From assembly GCA_030637655.1 (NCBI GenBank), contig DAOWGI010000093.1, positions 1 through 27,272 on the forward strand: a DNA stretch of 27,272 nucleotides. The letters run 5' to 3'. This document shows positions 25,001 through 27,272 of this stretch, one piece after another. Position 1 is the first letter of the stretch. Every line of letters begins with the position of its first letter. The stretch comes from a candidate division FCPU426 bacterium (GTDB lineage: Bacteria > Oederibacteriota > JAAXVQ01 > JAUVAV01). The notes beneath the pieces are model-generated. The model had not been told where the DNA came from. It ran no database searches and saw nothing but the letters and a program-made list of their open reading frames with translations. The translations under genes and the position numbers were made by a program.

Positions 25001-27270
25001 CATTCCTGAAGGCGCCAGGTCCCCTGCAGGTGGAATCTAAGATTCAGTCGTATGTGTGGGGCCAACCGGCCAAAGATTCTTTTATTATCCGGTTCTTGAA
25101 CCGGGCTTTAAATAAGAAACAAATGGATATAAATATTGCAGAGCTGTGGTTTGGAGCGCACAAAAAGAATCCGGGTGTAGTACGAATTGCCGGACTGCCA
25201 ATGGCGCTGGACCGTTTTGCCAAAGCAGTTGGCGAGCCTTTATTAGGCAAAGGCCGGATGGAAATCGGACAGTTGTTCAAGATTTTAGATGCCAAAGAGC
25301 CCTTTTCAATGCAGATGCATGAGCGCTTCAAACCGGATTCCAAGAATGAGAGTTGGATGGTGGTTATTGACCGGGATAGGTTAAAGCAGGAGGATAAGGA
25401 TCAGACCATTGCCGAGATTCATCTGGGTTTCCGACCAATAGCAGAAATTGATGATAAAATCCTGCCAAAATTCCGAAAAGAATATGAAGCCCTACACACC
25501 AAAGCAGCCAAGATAGTGTACTTTAAGACCCAGTATGCCAATGTCCTGAAAAAGGGCAGAACAGATAAAGAAGGCAAAGAGATCAAGGCTTTCAGCAACA
25601 AACTGGAACTTCGCTGGGAAAACGGGGTGGTGGAAGCATATTTTAACGGCAAGAAGCAATCAGCAGAGATAAAGAAAAAGCTGGGTCTGGACGATGACAT
25701 GCTGGTAATGAACGTGCCGGGCGCGACGGTTCACGCTACTTCATACGGGTTAATTTATGAGGTGCAGGAAACTTGCGACAAGACGCTGCGCTTGTATGAC
25801 CAGGGCCGGAATGATCCCAACCGGCCGCTGCATATCGAAGAAGCGCTGGAAAAACTTGATTTTACGCCTCGGCCGCTTAGTGACTATCTGGTAAAACCGG
25901 TTGAGTTGAATGAAAGGACAAGGAATCTGATTCGCACACCGTTATATTCAATGGATCAAATATCATTGGAAACACAGCCGTCTTTGGATAAGGATACGGG
26001 TGATGATTCCGCAGTTGTCAAGGTGGATGGCTACCAAATGCTGATGGTGAAAGACGGTGAGGGACAGCTGTGCTATTCTGAACCGGACGGCACTGAGCGG
26101 GAAATCCAGTTGCGCCGCGGTGATACTCTAATTGTACCGGCGTTTATGAATAGTTATACGCTTTTCTCGAAAAGCAGGTTGACAGTACTCAAAGCCTATG
26201 AAGCATCGGCTCAGGAGATCACAGAGGCGCAGGGGCTGCGCGGCGGCAAGAGTTTATGGGAAGAAGACGGGTTCTTTGAAGCACCGGGAGTAGAGAAGGA
26301 GGAGGGACCTGAAAGCGCGATTAAAGCGGAAATGCTCCGCCTGCAGAGGATTCTGCCGAAGCCGTTAAATGTTCCGATCAGGGGGCTGCGGGAATTGCCT
26401 GTGAGAATCATGCAATATCTGGTGCGCTCGATTCTGTTTGCCAATGATCGGAGCACCGGCGGACATCCGAACCTGGGCTTGCCGCTCCAGGCTGCGGCTG
26501 GAATCGTGCTGGCCGGGATATTCCTGCTGCAAAGCACAGTAGCTGTTTTTGCCTGCCTGCCTGGAACAGAACCAGTAGGCACTATTTCTAATACGCCGCG
26601 TGTAGAAGCCTTCAAGCGAAGCACACTGATCGCAGACGATGTAATGGCCGGACGGTTTAACATAAAAGGGACGGAGTTTGTCGGGTTATCAGCCAGAGGA
26701 AACTTCTTTACTCGTCTCTGGAAGGGCGAAGCGCTGGGCGCGTGTATTGAAAGAACTGAGCGCGCGGATCATAGCAGCCGGGTACAGTATTTTGTTCCTA
26801 ATAGCCTGTGCGTGGTGCTGAAAAAAGATATTGATCCTGAGGCAGGATTAAGCGAGCGGCTGGTCTATTACACGAAGGCTTTTTTATTAAGCAGCATTGC
26901 GGAGTATCAAAACAGAAAAAACCTAATGAAGAGCCGCTGGGACCCAGTGGCTGAGGCCTTTGGCAAGCGTGGTTATGCCGTCGTAGAATTGGAGAAAAAA
27001 GCACCTGAGCAAAAAGCGCTGGCCCGCGGAGAAATGACTCCTGCGCAGTGGCAGGAAGTTAAGCGCAAGCAAGAGGCGGTCTCTTCGACCGAATTCATGA
27101 GTCTGGTAAATGGCTATCTTCAGGAAGCAGCAGCTGCTTTAAAGCAAAGAGAAAGCATGGAAAGTCAGGCTGAAGAGCTGGCAGCCAAATTGAATCTGCA
27201 GGATATGCTGAATGCCATGCCAGAGCTAAAGGGATGGGAACATGATATTAAAAAAGTGATGTTAGCCATT
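15862..27270 (+). CDS. Giant multidomain membrane protein 2 (3'-partial, at least 3,803 codons), paralog of protein 1
   Basis: Manual translation of frame +1: in-frame TAA at 15850, ATG at 15862 (MSIFSLFQTRK...), no stop through 27270. AGGAG at 15845-15849. Alternative starts ATG 15922 and 15952. Shares N- and C-terminal modules with gene 1. Confidence 0.93.
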   Translation, partial: MSIFSLFQTRKISSLEKTPLMDWWQKPQQRMITRVITLLVTLTFVFPYLTWAFEAHAYPASTTSILFHQQIVEIPDKYAATLNTFQGGEDRLVVHVQDLHCNFEVQTNIAHIIDYVASKHNLKLVAIEGASLPINVTHISTFPNAEVRQETGKYFMRLGKMGGAEYYASAGKHPVWLDGVEDPKLYAASREMVTSFLNDESQGYVCDLRDMLDELKAEIYNPELLRLDAKKQACREGEISPLKYGVYLCRYGKRIKLELSSYPNLLLYVSKRRNVIPRKVELEQVYTESEQLDQAIRECLYTSDAQRQLDQLEERLDIMEKLLNISATPKELQAYRENPKAFQVKQVMDFIRQYNELSELTLDTDIYSLDSYLQQVRRFYQMADERSTVFVENTVNRMKEYNTKLAVLVTGGFHTDHVLKEMQARNISYLSLCPRITQEDLVNPYFALIRDRKTPLEKLLAKNQNILKLAPGAPQVLHADRNAILTEMNPDQKVSSHWKIMLNIGLAIAELLKQSIRGSEELEPRFETMVNAYPYKAELSPEWETMAKSKYTSVISIKWLLEKTRIWLRFQLKGGNSAQGRALAPVAEIEKGEMAVLDEKEAKAATEQILAMNRKEKQGITFVSILAKLFDGMQALLARAREGWTGLTDGQKAVLVFSLGVIAISLVGSQVSPGSINEASQLAAGQETEFANYNNVLAAVCGLNMIPRKNKKPELSQKSSVAGFIKDKLLSLGIVWKVGSSLRNIGRRITFGTLFILAAVVIFVVNWGPTKPVTQVTTVSTAEKQPLVISGKDFLEGSPVFAIVGKALNDETFYMGLQPETMRPFYGLTILHKIKLDINKHQRLKIALDITEISDNTMWSLPLSFTGDNGVYFVQDAYFKFQDDTDKKGKLVYEISIQELFDALGIVATQEAAIEVRFAVVSKSTDTKFTSQTQPRLLLNMDNCNITLEPYPKGAERNFEVFEKPAEGAYKDHVRKRFGSVAEAGQIKKQLRQYMPENLIAVWAGMNQNGKAINLNNHNRNTLITHPEYGKIKDIASTNYPWFQDFESYDPVIRKYTIAMLESAGINAIVLEYCAGMDQRDMFLPAFINALNQSDRSFALSLDTRVSLRSTDVLKSHLKFLLDTYATQKSALQINGLALVFLHNLDLMEFTDDDIKRVVEELEAEGYVFILAGDKTGAQWMGANKLSLGFGNYNNQMADIVKKYGADPAQWQSASVANIDPNQPDSLGITLVYPGYDNRFVGGADTYELTKGEPKLFPVWKQTHKLQTPDSDLLAQTVTRAMQKKQNQFMLISSLDGNQTGTELFPSLQKGCDRILEIARLSAAKNGHRSNLTEIIRIAEQAVHDIHQRRGESVPQAILTSIQKAYRTASRRQPEIDKLVKSQESSAFGFIKAMLLSLGGALITFGINVLTDGYEGLLQAGVWGLLVFFAYSAVKWAAIKVAQKNRAKAMADEGKAARPPTLIPALQGYKTFKADADQERRGVLDTVTPEGDSAIEETVAYLPAYFQYTTAAHVWLHQKLHLPEFFAYLLEPIVGSLWMAGSSLRNRAKRVTVGTVFLSGIFILLLFMAPEQWNEACRATYGKQAKANQTQHNQVERIVRGYPRVFNSLNDVLATGKEKRDLDTYKQQSEADDKLADILRIINVQDLMSKAQVGTTIFAVLENEGSVFSFLKGRSLINLLKFLISANKLYWNIYTGVEKIKLYATPAQLQAAKELDLPINSYDIPWQKKVLILPKILAKKHARNTAVNIAPYDWANYFSLKASGQTLEQDHSAMLAHLKKQEADQDIRDNVMEHLELAAKNNLTILFETTVARESFVPLKKLSKSRHEYVRDQIRYVKALRKAWLKKHPDKKPPIGIVLDPWHLTGDMLGPKIKTWLKQGRSRQDIREKELLPLLIKFCDECDGLIAHIDIGNAAPWEIKFLPEELQRGRVMSPDSLVPNLAVIQYLMRTNPDIVNNITLDGSPQAPLMSTRAGKFTLGAIFAALAAFFVMLIKAFKRRLGSAGNDGFTLVEVAFAVTGVAIVVLGVVQPAVFSFAGLMAAVSVAMIAVPLILAIFVQMNKGSRISFSKSVKVGTQVALIICMFIVPSFWTRLYAQVGVDKKIEQVIVDPKRIINITDLFENSRSTGGKIYRQGDKVMIMGHEWCTLPFGSIRSGPIKIDFDSPRTIIKLNIETVTNGWYFIIHSPNLPVAPGGKYIKIWNDNSRKGIQIYDLKKLQRFGLTGEQEVQFEIGVTTYGREKVDNNTKVVLNVSSVLQEPSKATKRIKQRKTEITKTVRLSLADLFKNSNKTGVFLTQQGNQLIIKGDEWCFNTFGSIRSKPIKIDFNSSPGIRLNILDVTHEWYLIVHSPDLADFVKIWPDNSRTGTLTYDLTQLGLEGTKEITLEFGVSSYNTPGHKKVNEQNTVVVIDAQTQLTGVVPTGYIGTEKQAKSKTELTQYFTKSGLHKSLKGGLKSTVQAALVRDQIFKYARIEGNKIYIHAVNWWERPGKGADHWSWYGHYPKIDSTDIASVYHPLLGLYDSSDEEYMEWVIEVLMDMGVDGMNVDYYAGTREHDKWLAKLFEVVEKVNKKNPLGRKFELAVMYETKIIRENYGFADRGVLKEHIKRVLNTYALSPAYQRVAGVPVIYVFGMATTGFQGEDYRQIALELEKEGYIYLLVGDKTYESQYLGDKAAAAVHQWIDMWGLMNMPEVAKLSRDVTKLEARHHALLRTAREMKRVDIMGIAAVYNEFTDKKLGGGDWGRGVHRFLDSRGGDYFEQGDVFKETMKYAIENQDWLLWTLLITWDDWHEGTQMEPSLEKGFSKFFGIMEFAAGYKGFKADPRAVIKRTEKYAHEIYGEKLPPQVNKIIKDALHYASQVDRKIEQKYRNYLKRQAGIEAAKKRHDAEAREKLKAHPFRAAWGFIFGAISGVLSLVLIGLSIYLGTGLDNSLLVLAGIAVSTLFGLYFAMATLGFVRTGRAVYKVMYQSLHQDNPGAGRWTIAWKAFTGAIAWSNGILGNEKAFRILQKEYPKEADRVFYHEQFKNHFIGMLVMFPFVQNYLERKVVQAFLKAPGPLQVESKIQSYVWGQPAKDSFIIRFLNRALNKKQMDINIAELWFGAHKKNPGVVRIAGLPMALDRFAKAVGEPLLGKGRMEIGQLFKILDAKEPFSMQMHERFKPDSKNESWMVVIDRDRLKQEDKDQTIAEIHLGFRPIAEIDDKILPKFRKEYEALHTKAAKIVYFKTQYANVLKKGRTDKEGKEIKAFSNKLELRWENGVVEAYFNGKKQSAEIKKKLGLDDDMLVMNVPGATVHATSYGLIYEVQETCDKTLRLYDQGRNDPNRPLHIEEALEKLDFTPRPLSDYLVKPVELNERTRNLIRTPLYSMDQISLETQPSLDKDTGDDSAVVKVDGYQMLMVKDGEGQLCYSEPDGTEREIQLRRGDTLIVPAFMNSYTLFSKSRLTVLKAYEASAQEITEAQGLRGGKSLWEEDGFFEAPGVEKEEGPESAIKAEMLRLQRILPKPLNVPIRGLRELPVRIMQYLVRSILFANDRSTGGHPNLGLPLQAAAGIVLAGIFLLQSTVAVFACLPGTEPVGTISNTPRVEAFKRSTLIADDVMAGRFNIKGTEFVGLSARGNFFTRLWKGEALGACIERTERADHSSRVQYFVPNSLCVVLKKDIDPEAGLSERLVYYTKAFLLSSIAEYQNRKNLMKSRWDPVAEAFGKRGYAVVELEKKAPEQKALARGEMTPAQWQEVKRKQEAVSSTEFMSLVNGYLQEAAAALKQRESMESQAEELAAKLNLQDMLNAMPELKGWEHDIKKVMLAI
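16130..17230 (+). other. Conserved N-terminal domain, possibly EreA/ChaN/TraB-Tiki-like fold
   Basis: VVHVQDLH, LVAIEGA, LDGVED, ERS..FVEN, LAVLVTGGFH: the H...E...R...GxxH arrangement typical of that superfamily. Confidence 0.55.
16553..18005 (+). repeat. Direct repeat copy B: shared N-terminal module
   Basis: Counterpart of 1-1465. Similarity ends at GLNMIPRKNKKPEL. Confidence 0.97.
18220..18700 (+). other. Beta-sandwich, CBM-like domain 1 in protein 2
   Basis: IKLDIN..LKIALDITEI...W...YFKFQDDTDKKGKLVYEI..LG...IEVRFAV is a distant match to the two tandem domains at 22198-23100, and sits directly before a glycosidase domain. Confidence 0.55.
18850..19830 (+). other. GH99/GH71-like glycosidase domain 1, catalytic motif degenerate
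   Basis: DIASTNYPWFQDFESYDP, AGINAIVLEY, VYPGYDNR, ISSLDGNQTGTELFPS. Homologous to domain 2 (ELEAEGYVFILAGDKT vs ELEKEGYIYLLVGDKT). Confidence 0.8.
20820..21750 (+). other. Xylose-isomerase-like / AP-endonuclease-2 TIM-barrel domain, divergent
   Basis: LAAKNNLTILFE (E at 21283), IGIVLDPWH (21439-21450), IAHIDIGN (21583), ITLD (21742) follow the family's E...DxxH...HxxD...E order, with substitutions. Confidence 0.55.
21880..21945 (+). other. Internal type IV prepilin-like cleavage/methylation motif
   Basis: KRRLGSAGNDG|FTLVEVAFAVTGVAIVVLGVV: G-1, F+1, E+5, hydrophobic helix, preceded by basic residues. Confidence 0.6.
22198..23100 (+). repeat. Two tandem beta-sandwich, CBM-like domains (about 140 aa each)
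   Basis: GHEWCTLPFGSIRSGPIKIDFDS..WYFIIHSP..IKIWNDNSRKG..YDL vs GDEWCFNTFGSIRSKPIKIDFNS..WYLIVHSP..VKIWPDNSRTG..YDL (units about 22198-22620 and 22690-23100). Confidence 0.85.
23281..24310 (+). other. GH99/GH71-like glycosidase domain 2, catalytic motif largely intact
   Basis: KIYIHAVNWW, DHW, DIASVYHPLLGLYDSSD, GVDGMNVDYY, VMYE, PVIYVFG, LITWDDWHEGTQMEPS (cf. GH99 ITSFNEWHEGTQIEP). Confidence 0.88.
25020..26200 (+). other. Type I phosphomannose isomerase (ManA-like) domain in protein 2
   Basis: IQSYVWG, AELWFGAH, LFKILDAKEPFSMQMH, KNESW, VPGATVHA, YEVQETCDKTLRLYD..R.LHIEEAL, LRRGDTLIVPA. The Zn ligands Q, H, E, H are all present. Confidence 0.92.
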
Positions 27271-27272
27271 GC
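26320..27272 (+). other. Shared C-terminal module (protein 2 copy, cut off by the window end)
   Basis: Colinear with protein 1 from 13479: RVEAFK/RLKAFK, FVGLSARG/FKPLSGKG, KGEALGA/KGMLFGA, IAEYQ/IAEYL, DPVAEAFG/DGVREALG, VSSTEF/ISPVEI. Confidence 0.8.

Noticed and set aside
11700-26200. Gene symbols pgk, manC or manA
   Set aside because: These are domains inside giant fusion proteins, some degenerate, so housekeeping symbols would mislead.
698-27004. Many short minus-strand and alternate-frame ORFs in the track
   Set aside because: They lie within or overlap the two giant ORFs, have no recognisable motifs and read as shadow frames. The similarity of 926-1357 and 17463-17891 just reflects the DNA repeat.
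3-27270. Stop-codon readthrough or alternative genetic code creating false fusions of separate genes
   Set aside because: Both ORFs are open under the standard bacterial code, so the fusions need no recoding.
3-27270. NRPS/PKS, RTX or Ig-repeat adhesin as the explanation for gene size
   Set aside because: I saw no adenylation, ketosynthase or carrier motifs, GGxGxD repeats or long Ig/cadherin arrays.
1-27272. CRISPR array, tRNA, rRNA, or a firm taxonomic assignment
   Set aside because: There is no non-coding space beyond 163 nt and no repeat-spacer pattern. Resemblance to giant proteins of Omnitrophota or Elusimicrobiota-like lineages is an impression that cannot be confirmed without a search.

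Overview
The window is almost entirely two tandem, co-oriented (+ strand) paralogous giant genes separated by 163 nt. Gene 1 is open from base 3 to the TAA ending at 15698 (>5,200 aa, 5' end outside the window). Gene 2 is missing from the supplied ORF track because it has no stop in the window. By my translation of frame +1 it starts at ATG 15862 and stays open past 27270 (>3,800 aa). Both follow one plan: a shared N-terminal module (signal peptide and QDLH/EG motifs visible only in gene 2, GGFH motif in both, first ~720 nt ~96-97% identical), then a variable string of cargo domains separated by transmembrane bundles, then a shared but much more diverged C-terminal module. Gene 1 cargo: HEAT-like repeats, a UDP-sugar pyrophosphorylase-like domain, a possible winged HTH, a mannose-1-P guanylyltransferase-like domain, a third sugar-1-P nucleotidyltransferase with beta-helix, and a phosphoglycerate kinase-like domain. 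Gene 2 cargo: three CBM-like beta-sandwich domains, two GH99/GH71-like glycosidase domains, a xylose-isomerase-like TIM barrel and a type I phosphomannose isomerase. Several cargo enzymes have lost catalytic residues. Gene 2 also has an internal type IV prepilin-like cleavage motif (G|FTLVE) and degenerate zincin-like linker modules. This looks like a modular, polymorphic giant membrane protein system focused on sugar/mannose chemistry. All domain calls are motif recognition by eye; no searches were run. I saw no RNA genes, CRISPR arrays or mobile elements.
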